Source of the DNA: Bacteroidia bacterium
Lineage (GTDB): Bacteria > Bacteroidota > Bacteroidia > UKL13-3
Length of the DNA: 30,643 nt
Reading direction: 5' to 3'
Assembly: GCA_038219845.1 (NCBI GenBank)
Contig: JBBRJE010000001.1
Span: forward strand, 1 to 30,643
Shown here: positions 18,916-27,445 of the stretch, piece by piece
Position numbering within the stretch: position 1 is the first letter of the stretch
How the letters are laid out: each line of letters starts with the position of its first letter
Translations under genes and position numbers: made by a program
Notes under the pieces: generated by a model
What the model saw: only the letters and a program-made list of their open reading frames with translations
What the model was told of the DNA's origin: nothing
The model's database searches: none

Positions 18916-19899
18916 ATGAAATGGCTTCACAGGATAATGTTTCGATTCCTTGCTTACAGGCATTTTATTTCCTTCTTGAAACGCACCAGCTTCCCGGGAT
19001 TCCAGGGTGAATCTGTATATGCTGTGATGCATTTTTTCTCCAGGCAAATGAATGATGAAGACCTCAATATGCGTTCTTCCGCACTTGCCTTTAGCTTTTT
19101 TCTTGCACTTTTTCCTGCCATCATTTTCCTTTTTACACTCATTCCGTTTCTTCCCATAAACGATGCGAAAGATGAGGTGCTCAAATTTTTTGAACAGATC
19201 TTAGATAAATCCACTTATGAAACGATCAAAGGAACGATCAATGATATTTTAAGAAAGAAGCACAACGGGGTGCTGTCGCTGGGATTTGCTCTGGCATTAT
19301 ATTTCGCGAGTAATGGTTTTTTTAGCCTGATGAAATTATTTAATAAATACAGTCATATTAAAGAAACCCGTACCATCATTCGCCAGCGTATCGTATCGGT
19401 TTTCCTCGCGATGTTTTTTAGTGTGCTCATCATCTGTTCTGTGGTTTTAATCACCGCCGGCGAATGGATCACGCACTGGCTTGTGATTCATCATTGGATC
19501 AAAGGGAAAGCAGTATTAACCATACTCACCATCGTACGCTGGATTGTAATTGTGATTCTTTTTTTTGCGACGATTTCATCCTTATTTTATTTTGCCCCTT
19601 CGAAGAATTACAAGTGGAAATTTTTTAGCATAGGTTCAACATTGGCAGCATTATTGTCTATAGTGTCAACAATATTATTTTCCTATTATGTCAATAATTT
19701 CGCGTCTTACAATAAGATATATGGTTCCATTGGCACTCTGATTGTGGTCCTTTTACTCATCCAGTTCAATTGCATGATTATACAAATAGGATTCGAATTG
19801 AATGTGAGCATCGAGCAGGTGGTTCGTAAAAGAAAGAAAGAAAAACCAGCTGTAAAGGAAAAAGAAATAGAACGTCCAAGAAATGAAATCAAATATTGA
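18916..19899 (+). CDS. YihY/virulence factor BrkB family membrane protein
   Basis: SSALAFSFFLALFP, six hydrophobic segments, YNKIYGSIG. Confidence 0.92.
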   Translation: MKWLHRIMFRFLAYRHFISFLKRTSFPGFQGESVYAVMHFFSRQMNDEDLNMRSSALAFSFFLALFPAIIFLFTLIPFLPINDAKDEVLKFFEQILDKSTYETIKGTINDILRKKHNGVLSLGFALALYFASNGFFSLMKLFNKYSHIKETRTIIRQRIVSVFLAMFFSVLIICSVVLITAGEWITHWLVIHHWIKGKAVLTILTIVRWIVIVILFFATISSLFYFAPSKNYKWKFFSIGSTLAALLSIVSTILFSYYVNNFASYNKIYGSIGTLIVVLLLIQFNCMIIQIGFELNVSIEQVVRKRKKEKPAVKEKEIERPRNEIKY

Positions 19900-19927
19900 T
19901 CATACTTCAGAAAAATAAATTTTATTC

Positions 19928-20650
19928 ATGAAAACTATCCTCCATCCATCGGGCGAAAGAGGCCACGCCAATCATGGCTGGCTTAACGCCCACCATTCGT
20001 TCTCTTTTGCCAGCTGGTATGACCCGAAAAAAAATCATTTCGGTGCTTTACGGGTTTTGAATGATGATGAAATTGCAGCTGGCATGGGTTTCGGTACCCA
20101 TCCCCATGATAATATGGAAATCATTACTATCCCTTTAAGCGGTGCCATAGCGCATAAAGATAGCATCGGTAACAATGGGATAATCAACACCGGGGACGTG
20201 CAGATTATGAGCGCCGGCACAGGCGTCCAGCATTCTGAATTTAACGGCTCGCCCACCGAACCCTTAAATTTACTGCAGATATGGGTTTTTACAAAAAAAA
20301 GAAATATCCCGCCCAGATATGAACAAAAAAATTTAAATCCCGAAAACAATCCCAATTCCTTCACACTTCTCGTATCTCCCTCAAAAGAGGATGGCAGTGT
20401 ATGGATTAACCAGGATGCATTTCTAAGTCTTGGCATTTTTGAGGATGACACTATTATAGATTATAAAATAAAGCATGAAGGTAATGGAGCATTTATTTTT
20501 ATCATTGAGGGTAAAGCCAATGTGGGGGATAATAGTCTTGGAAAGCGCGATGCCATTGGTGTTTGGGAAACTGAGGAGGTAAAGATAAAAGCAGAAAAAG
20601 CATCAAAAATATTGGTTATAGAAGTTCCAATGACAGATGCTGAATTTTAG
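19928..20650 (+). CDS. Pirin-family protein (YhhW-like)
   Basis: RGHANHGWL, HSFSFA, GFGTHPHDNMEI, GVQHSEFN, LLQIW. Confidence 0.95.
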   Translation: MKTILHPSGERGHANHGWLNAHHSFSFASWYDPKKNHFGALRVLNDDEIAAGMGFGTHPHDNMEIITIPLSGAIAHKDSIGNNGIINTGDVQIMSAGTGVQHSEFNGSPTEPLNLLQIWVFTKKRNIPPRYEQKNLNPENNPNSFTLLVSPSKEDGSVWINQDAFLSLGIFEDDTIIDYKIKHEGNGAFIFIIEGKANVGDNSLGKRDAIGVWETEEVKIKAEKASKILVIEVPMTDAEF

Positions 20651-20658
20651 GGGCGGGG

Positions 20659-20700
20659 AATAGTAAAAAGTAGATAGTATATAGTAGATAGTATATAGTA
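20659..20700 (+). repeat. Tandem heptamer array (NAWAGTA x6)
   Basis: AATAGTA AAAAGTA GATAGTA TATAGTA GATAGTA TATAGTA; includes a perfect 14-bp duplication at 20673-20700. Confidence 0.85.
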
Positions 20701-20739
20701 TATACAAGAGTAGTAAGGGGGACAGCATTGCTGATAATC

Positions 20740-21046
20740 GGGTCGTGGAATGTATATGGTTAAGGATAGGATTGCTAACGCAAATCTATGATTTGAAATA
20801 TTTCCTATAAAATAATATCCTGTTGGTTCCTGGGATGAAGATTTATGGTCGTTATAAAAGCCTTTTCCTCTATAGAGATATTTTTCGCCACCACTTTTAA
20901 ATTCGTAAAAAATATCCGTAATGTTTTTCAGGAATAGCTCTTTAGAGGTATTATGATAATTAATGGAGTCACTCAACAAGCGGACTCAACATACCTGGTT
21001 CCATCCTGCTAAAATGCTTAAGAATTGTTTCCGTTTTCTCTTTCAT
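20740..21046 (-). pseudogene. Frameshifted relic of an unknown protein
   Basis: ATG 21046 reads MKEKTETILKHFSRMEPGMLSPL; removing one base near 20977 continues into LSDSINYHNTSKELFLKNITDIFYEFKSGGEKYLYRGKG..GYYFIGNISNHRF; the 3' boundary is approximate. Confidence 0.45.
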
Positions 21047-21118
21047 AATAAAAATCAAAATATTGAATAGAGTCTTTATGTTGAATTAGCATTCTTGTTT
21101 TTACAGTACCCCTGTGTT

Positions 21119-21153
21119 TACTATATACTTTTTACCTTCTACGAAATACGCTC
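21119..21153 (-). repeat. Tandem heptamer array (NNNNGTA x5), inverted relative to 20659-20700
   Basis: Minus strand reads GAGCGTA TTTCGTA GAAGGTA AAAAGTA TATAGTA. Confidence 0.7.
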
Positions 21154-21163
21154 CCAACCCATT

Positions 21164-22702
21164 CTAAAACGGATCATCGTCTTCCATCCGCTCATTAATC
21201 TTAGAGCTAATGGTAATCATGCCACTGTTACTATCCGCCGGGCTGGAATAATTACCGCCGCCGGAATAATTACTTTCTTCATAGCCATGCAACCCACTAT
21301 CGGTGAATAATGCATATTCTTTTATAAAACGGGTGCGTATTTCTCCCTGGGCCCCGTTACGGTGCTTTTGTATGATAATTTCAGCCATTCCTTCTGTAGG
21401 TGTTCCATCATCAAAGGTAGCCAGCTGGTAATATTCAGGACGGTAAAGAAACATAACCATATCCGCATCCTGCTCAATGGATCCCGACTCCCTTAGGTCG
21501 CTCAAGACGGGCTTTTTACTATTGGTTCGTTTCTCCACATCACGACTTAATTGTGATAAGGCGATCACAGGAATTTCAAGTTCTTTGGCCAGGGCTTTAA
21601 GCGACCTTGATATATAGCTGATCTCCTGCTCCCGGGTACCGTTTTTATTATTCGACTGGTCGGCACGCATGAGCTGTAGGTAGTCTACCACCAATAAAGA
21701 AATATTATGTTGTTGTTTCAGCCGGCGTGCTTTAGCGCGTAATTCAAAAACAGAAAGCTGGGGCGTGTCATCAATAAATATCGGCGCCTGATTAAGCCGG
21801 GTGATCTTGCTCATGAGCTGTTCCCATTGGGCTTTATCCAGTTTGCCGTCACGTATCACCTGTCCAGGAATCTGGGATTCGATGCTCAGCATACGGTTTA
21901 CTAATTCAATGCTGCTCATCTCTAAGGAGAAGATGGCCACGGCGCGTTTATAATCCACTCCGATATTTCGTGCCAATGATAGCACAAAAGCGGTCTTACC
22001 CATGCCCGGCCGGGCTGCAATAATAATCAGGTTGGATTTCTGGAATCCGGAAGTGATCCGGTCAAGTTCGGCAAATCCGGTTGCTACCCCGGTCAGATCA
22101 TTCGGATTCTCTTTTACTTTTTCTAATTCTTTAATGGATTGAATCAAAAGGTCGGAGATACTTCGGTTCTGCTTATTCATCAGGCCATTGGTAAGCTCAA
22201 ACATGCTACGCTCTGTTTTATCCAGAAGCTCAAAAACATCGCTTGTATCTTCATAAGCGAAACGTATGGTTTCATTGGAGATCTTGATAAGCTGACGCTG
22301 GATATATTTCTCCTGGATGATACGGGCGTGAAACTCAACATTGGCAGCAGATGTAAGCCTGCTTGTAAGCTGGGTAATATAGTATGCGCCACCCACGATT
22401 TCAAGCGATCCCTGCTCTCTTAATTCCTGGGTTACAGTGAGCAAGTCAATGGGCTCCGATTTGGTATAAAGGCTTACCATGGCCTTGAAGATGGTGAGGT
22501 GGGCATCTTTATAGAAGCTCTCAGACTGCAAGATTTCAACCACGGTATTAATTGCTTCCTTATCAAGCATGATAGCACCCAAAACACTCTCCTCCAATTC
22601 CAGAACCTGGGGAGGAAGCTTGCCTTCCGAATTCGGACCAACCTGGATCGCTTTGTTTTTTAAGGCCAACCGTATATTTGATGTCTTGCTGATATCGTCC
22701 AT
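21164..22702 (-). CDS. dnaB: Replicative DNA helicase
   Basis: LEESVLGAIML, Walker A ARPGMGKT, FSLEMS, VVDYLQLM, LSQLSR, SDLRESGSIEQDAD, IIQKHRNG. Confidence 0.98.
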   Translation of the reverse strand: MDDISKTSNIRLALKNKAIQVGPNSEGKLPPQVLELEESVLGAIMLDKEAINTVVEILQSESFYKDAHLTIFKAMVSLYTKSEPIDLLTVTQELREQGSLEIVGGAYYITQLTSRLTSAANVEFHARIIQEKYIQRQLIKISNETIRFAYEDTSDVFELLDKTERSMFELTNGLMNKQNRSISDLLIQSIKELEKVKENPNDLTGVATGFAELDRITSGFQKSNLIIIAARPGMGKTAFVLSLARNIGVDYKRAVAIFSLEMSSIELVNRMLSIESQIPGQVIRDGKLDKAQWEQLMSKITRLNQAPIFIDDTPQLSVFELRAKARRLKQQHNISLLVVDYLQLMRADQSNNKNGTREQEISYISRSLKALAKELEIPVIALSQLSRDVEKRTNSKKPVLSDLRESGSIEQDADMVMFLYRPEYYQLATFDDGTPTEGMAEIIIQKHRNGAQGEIRTRFIKEYALFTDSGLHGYEESNYSGGGNYSSPADSNSGMITISSKINERMEDDDPF

Positions 22703-23088
22703 AATTTAATTTCCTATTGAATTTTGTTTAGGTTCAATGACCCTTCAAATAAACTTTTTAATGCGCAGCTGCACAACTCTATATTTCATATCCACAATTA
22801 ATGAAATCCTGTGTTAATGATGTGAAGAAGTTAAATAAAATTGTGGAACCTACAATCGATACTAATGATCAGGCTGTTCATAACTTATTGGAAAAGTGCC
22901 CGTATATTTTTAATCCCGTTTAAAATGGCAGGGCTGAAATCTTTACAATTTAAATTTCCTAACAAAACATCGGTATAAATTGATTTGTATATTGAGAAAT
23001 AGGCAATTGAGGTACGGAATCAAATGAGAGAAAAAATGCAAGGTGCAGAATCACTGCTTTAGCTTCGCTTGTTAGAACAAGTTGAAGC

Positions 23089-23940
23089 TTATTTTTGGGC
23101 CAGCTTATACTCAAAATAAGTATAATCATTCTCGGTTGCGGTGCCATCGTCGGTCACTGTTTTTACTTTGACCAATGCAAAACGGTTGGTGTTCTTAATA
23201 TTGACAATGATATTATCATTTGGAGATACAGATACCAGGTTTAAAGCACTGCCACCGCTGTTCCAGGCATTCACAATAGATTGGTTGGAGGCCTGGGAAT
23301 AGCTGAGTGAATTCACTTTCTTGAACAGCGAACCGTTCCTCGAGCCCCAGGTAGCAGTGGTAAAAGGATTCGCCACCGTTGCCGAATCGCAGATATCTTT
23401 ATCTGAGTTTGCATTACCATCAAATATTGGTAAAAGGTTTTGCAGATTCCAGGCTTTGTTATTCCCAGAGTTCTTAGTAAATCTGCTATAAATCCTAGGG
23501 TTGAGTGTATTCCCTATGCTATCCTCGATCCTGTTCGTGGAAGGCTGAATAGTGATGGTATATGGTTTTTCTACGAAAGTGCCGGCCTTACAATCACTGG
23601 TGGCCTTCACATTATATACTATGGTTGATCCGAAATCCGGCATATTGGGTACCGAATCAATAACTGTGATAGTTTTTGCTTTGCTCGAAACACCCGTTAT
23701 AGAAAGGAAATTAGGGTTGGAAATACCCTTGGCCGTTTTTGTAACAATAATGGAATAGATATCGTTCTTATCGCCGGTTACAATAATATCAAATTGAAAA
23801 ACTTCCGCCGGGGCTTTAATTGCGCCTGTACCTGCGGGATTAAAACTTATGGAAGGGGCTGTGCAGGTTGGTCTGCATCCGGTAGAATTTAGAAATAAGT
23901 AAACAGCCAGTAAGGGTAGCAGGTAGCGGGAATTTTTCAT
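23089..23940 (-). CDS. Unknown lipoprotein, paralog 1 of 3
   Basis: Lipobox STGC; shares WxLQN, WGSRNGS, DDG..NEDY..YKL with the two upstream genes. Confidence 0.85.
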   Translation of the reverse strand: MKNSRYLLPLLAVYLFLNSTGCRPTCTAPSISFNPAGTGAIKAPAEVFQFDIIVTGDKNDIYSIIVTKTAKGISNPNFLSITGVSSKAKTITVIDSVPNMPDFGSTIVYNVKATSDCKAGTFVEKPYTITIQPSTNRIEDSIGNTLNPRIYSRFTKNSGNNKAWNLQNLLPIFDGNANSDKDICDSATVANPFTTATWGSRNGSLFKKVNSLSYSQASNQSIVNAWNSGGSALNLVSVSPNDNIIVNIKNTNRFALVKVKTVTDDGTATENDYTYFEYKLAQK

Positions 23941-23962
23941 TGGATTGAGATTGTTATGAAAT

Positions 23963-23970
23963 CAAAGATA
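23963..23970 (-). promoter_or_regulatory. -7 element for lipoprotein paralog 1
   Basis: Minus strand TATCTTTG about 22 nt upstream of ATG 23940; no clear -33. Confidence 0.4.
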
Positions 23971-24026
23971 GAGAATTAATTACTTTGCCGGTCGGCATGG
24001 ATGAAAAGAAAAATTAAGGAGGTATT

Positions 24027-24869
24027 CTATTGCGTTAATTTATATTCCCAAAAAACAAAATCTTCATTGGAAGCTGCTCCATCGTCTGAAATATTTTTGA
24101 TCCGGATCACAGCAAATTTATTTTGGTTTCTTATTTTAACAATTATAATATCGTTCAGCGCCAGGCTCACCAGGCTGCCCGGGATACCGGCATTATAAGC
24201 ATCAATAATACTTTTGGCAGAGGCATTTGTGAAATCAAACCCGAAAGCTTTTACAAATAGCGAACCATTCCGGGATCCCCAACGGGCATTGGAGGCAAAA
24301 GGATTCCCAGTGGCTGAGTTTACCGAATCGACGATGTCCTTTTCCGAGTTCGCATCCGCAGCAAATTTGGATTTAATGTTTTGTAAATCCCATGCCGGGT
24401 TATTAATAAATGAGCTGGTAAACCTGTTATAAACCCTTGGAGCCTGGCTATTTCCTATTAATGATAATTTCACGTTTGAAGGGCCCGCAATGATATTAAA
24501 CGATTTTCTTGTGTATGCCGAGCCATGCTTACAATCGGCAACAGCGGTGATGGTATAAATTATCACTTCACCCAAACCCTGGTTGGAGCGTAGAGAATCA
24601 GTGAGCGTGTAAATTTTCTTTTTTGCCCCGTTGCCGGAAACAGAAATTAAATTTGGATCCAGTGTTCCATTAATAGTTTTTGCAATAACAATCGATTTGA
24701 TATTTTCTTCACCCCCTTCTGCAATAATTTTAATGCTATAAACTTCTCCCGGCGTTTCGGTGATGTTCTCACTTGCCGGGTCAAATGAAAGGGAAGGAGC
24801 GATGCAATTTTGATTACAGGAAAGCAAAACTTACAGCAAAAAAAAATAAGCAAGGATGCGTGGATTCAT
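24027..24869 (-). pseudogene. Unknown lipoprotein, paralog 2 of 3, interrupted by an in-frame TAA in its signal peptide
   Basis: ATG 24869 reads MNPRILAYFFLL*VLLSCNQNC; TAA at 24833-24831 is in frame with the remaining 266-codon ORF; lipobox LLSC. Confidence 0.75.
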
Positions 24870-24891
24870 GTATTTGTTTCATTTTTAGAAA

Positions 24892-24899
24892 CAAATATA
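24892..24899 (-). promoter_or_regulatory. -7 element for lipoprotein paralog 2
   Basis: Minus strand TATATTTG about 22 nt upstream of ATG 24869; supports that start. Confidence 0.4.
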
Positions 24900-24997
24900 A
24901 GCATATTCACCGGCTCGGATGAGATATGGTTTTTATGTTTTACAATGAGTAATTGAATAAAAAGCGGGTATTCATTCGTAATAAAACCCATTGGAAT

Positions 24998-25036
24998 AAA
25001 AAAGCCATTCCTCCTTAAAAGGAGAAATGGCTTTTT
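24998..25036 (-). terminator. Intrinsic terminator after lipoprotein paralog 3
   Basis: AAAAAGCCATT-c-CTCCT-taaa-AGGAG-a-AATGGCTTTTT; T6 tail on the minus strand; 16 nt after the stop. Confidence 0.85.
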
Positions 25037-25052
25037 GAATTTTTGAGTTATA

Positions 25053-25928
25053 TTACTGGGCCAGCTTATACTTAAAGAAAGTATAGTCTTCATAAGAAGC
25101 AGCGCCATCATCAGTAAGGCTTATAATATTAACCACCGCATATTTGTTTTGGTTTTTAATATTTACAATAATATTATCATTTGCAGAAATGGTGATCAGG
25201 TCGGTTGCTACACCTGCCTTATAAGCATCAACGATGCTTTTTGCTGAAGCATTGGCATAGTCGAAAGAAGAAGGAGCCTTAACAAATTTAGAACCATTGC
25301 GTGATCCCCAGCGTGCATTGGATGTAAAAGGATTTCCTGTTAAGCTGTTTAATGAATCGCGGATATCTTTATCAGCATTGGCATCGATGGCGAATTTCGG
25401 TAATCTGTTTTGAAGATCCCATGCCGAATTATTTCCTGCGGATGAAGAGAAACGACTATATACGCGTGGGCTTTGTGAATTCTTCACTTCGTAAATCAAT
25501 GGATCAAGCGGCGTGCTGGAAGGAGCAACAGTAAGGGTATAGGTTTTTGATGCTGAATTGGCAGCTTTACAATCACTAATGGCTGTTACTTCGTAAGTGA
25601 TGGTAGAACCATAGGTAACATTAGAAGGAACCGAATCGCTAACAGTAACTGTCTTGCCTTTGCTTCCAACACTGGTAACAGAAATGAAGCTGGAATTGGT
25701 GACACCATTGGATGATTTGGAAACGGTGATGGATTTAATATTAACATCAGTGCCTGTGACAATGATATCAAATTTGAATTTTTCACCTGGGGCGGCTGTG
25801 CCGGTTGTTGATGAAGGATTAAAAACAATCGATGGATCAGAACATTTTGGACCGCATGATGAAATGGTGAATACAAAGGCTGATATAAAAGTAACAGCCA
25901 GGATAGATAAGGGTTTAAAGAATTTCAT
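25053..25928 (-). CDS. Unknown lipoprotein, paralog 3 of 3
   Basis: Lipobox ISSC; Ser/Thr/Ala/Asn-rich; same conserved blocks as paralogs 1 and 2. Confidence 0.88.
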   Translation of the reverse strand: MKFFKPLSILAVTFISAFVFTISSCGPKCSDPSIVFNPSSTTGTAAPGEKFKFDIIVTGTDVNIKSITVSKSSNGVTNSSFISVTSVGSKGKTVTVSDSVPSNVTYGSTITYEVTAISDCKAANSASKTYTLTVAPSSTPLDPLIYEVKNSQSPRVYSRFSSSAGNNSAWDLQNRLPKFAIDANADKDIRDSLNSLTGNPFTSNARWGSRNGSKFVKAPSSFDYANASAKSIVDAYKAGVATDLITISANDNIIVNIKNQNKYAVVNIISLTDDGAASYEDYTFFKYKLAQ

Positions 25929-25956
25929 ATTTGAAAATGGATTTGGTTATTAAATG

Positions 25957-25987
25957 CAAAGGTAAACTATTTACTTTAAAAGCCAAA
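25957..25987 (-). promoter_or_regulatory. Bacteroidota -33/-7 promoter for paralog 3
   Basis: Minus strand TTTG (25987-25984), 19-nt spacer, TACCTTTG (25964-25957). Confidence 0.7.
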
Positions 25988-26137
25988 AACAAAGATTATG
26001 CCACTTTTATAAATTAATTCTTATAAGGTGAATAATTAAGATATTGCTAAGAACAACCGCCTTTCATTATATAATTCCAAAGCTTCGACCGTAAACCTTT
26101 TATATTAAATAAATTGCGTGCTTTGCAAAACACATCT

Positions 26138-27373
26138 ATGCGCCATCTTTTCATCAATATAGCCGTCTTGTATGCCCGTACAGATGCACCCACCAAGCCA
26201 CTCCGTAAGATGTCCATGAGGGAACTCCCCGAAATTAAAGATGCGTGGCTATATTGTGCCGACGGCATAATCATTGATTTTGGCAGTGGGGAGGATTATA
26301 AGAATTTTGAAGCCGACAAGGTAACTGATTGCACAGGCAAATCAATGCTGCCGGCATTCGTGGACAGCCATACCCATATTGTTTTTGCAGCTACGCGGGA
26401 AGGAGAATTCGTTGACCGGATCAATGGATTAAGCTATGAAGAAATCGCCCAACGGGGAGGAGGCATATTAAATTCGGCCAGGATGCTGCAGCAATGTAGC
26501 GAGGACCAATTGTATCAAAATGCTTTTGCGCGCGCCATGAACCAGATAAGGCAGGGTACAGGAGCAATGGAAATCAAAAGTGGCTATGGCTTAACTCTTG
26601 AGGATGAATTGAAAATGCTTCAGGTGATCGCGCGTCTTAAAACAAATCTCCCCATCCCTGTCAAGGCTACCTTCCTTGGTGCACATGCATATCCGCTGGA
26701 GTTCAAACAAAATCATGAAGGCTATATTAAGCTTATAATAGATCAGATGCTCCCTGCAATTACTGAGGAAAAGCTAGCTGATTTTATCGATGTTTTTTGT
26801 GATAAAGGATTTTTTACTACAGATGAAAGCAGCCGTATCCTGGAAGCCGGCGCCCGGTATGGATTAAAGCCCAAAATTCACGGGAATGAATTGGGCATTA
26901 CGGGCGGTGTGCAGGTGGCCATCAGTCATCATGCCATTAGCGTAGATCACCTGGAAGAAATAGGCGCTGAGGAGATTAATTTATTATCTAATGCATCTAC
27001 CATCGCAACGGTATTGCCGGGTACATCCTTCTTCCTGGGCCTCCCTTACGCCCCTGCTCGTAAACTAATTGATGCTGGCGCAGCATTATGTATCGCCTCC
27101 GACTTTAACCCAGGCTCTTCACCCAACGGCCGAATGAGCTACATGATTTCACTGGCATGCATAAAAATGAAGCTGCTGCCGGAAGAAGCCATCAATGCTT
27201 GCACAGTAAATGCTTCGTTTGCATTGGAATTGCAGGATGAAGCAGGCTCTATATCTAAAAACAAAAGGGCCAATCTTATCCTTACCAAAACAATCAGTTC
27301 ATTGGCTGTGATTCCTTATATGTTTGGTGAAGATATGATTGACAGCGTATATATCAACGGTATAAAAGTTTAG
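26138..27373 (+). CDS. hutI: Imidazolonepropionase
   Basis: DSHTHIVFA, GGGILNS, EIKSGYGL, IDVFCDKG, KIHGNE, SVDHLE, ASDFNPGS; start at ATG 26138. Confidence 0.96.
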   Translation: MRHLFINIAVLYARTDAPTKPLRKMSMRELPEIKDAWLYCADGIIIDFGSGEDYKNFEADKVTDCTGKSMLPAFVDSHTHIVFAATREGEFVDRINGLSYEEIAQRGGGILNSARMLQQCSEDQLYQNAFARAMNQIRQGTGAMEIKSGYGLTLEDELKMLQVIARLKTNLPIPVKATFLGAHAYPLEFKQNHEGYIKLIIDQMLPAITEEKLADFIDVFCDKGFFTTDESSRILEAGARYGLKPKIHGNELGITGGVQVAISHHAISVDHLEEIGAEEINLLSNASTIATVLPGTSFFLGLPYAPARKLIDAGAALCIASDFNPGSSPNGRMSYMISLACIKMKLLPEEAINACTVNASFALELQDEAGSISKNKRANLILTKTISSLAVIPYMFGEDMIDSVYINGIKV

Positions 27374-27445
27374 AGAAGTAGTAATAAATATGGGATTGTA
27401 GCGGTGCATTACTGTTCCTTTATTTGTATTAAATTCGCGCAATAT

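Noticed and set aside
20659-20700. CRISPR array
   Set aside because: 7-bp units with no spacers and no cas genes
21164-22702. Intein in DnaB
   Set aside because: The 512-aa length is normal, the helicase motifs are contiguous and no splicing motifs are present
23061-23089. Intrinsic terminator after lipoprotein paralog 1
   Set aside because: The hairpin AGCTTC-g-CTTGTT..AACAAG-tt-GAAGCT is real but has no U-tract on the minus strand; at most a stability stem
24838-24846. Simple poly-T phase variation of lipoprotein paralog 2
   Set aside because: T8 or T10 alone does not restore the reading frame; the lesion is an in-frame stop
26138-27373. Histidine-utilisation operon or HutC site
   Set aside because: Only hutI is present; scattered hut genes are ordinary in Bacteroidota and no operator was recognised
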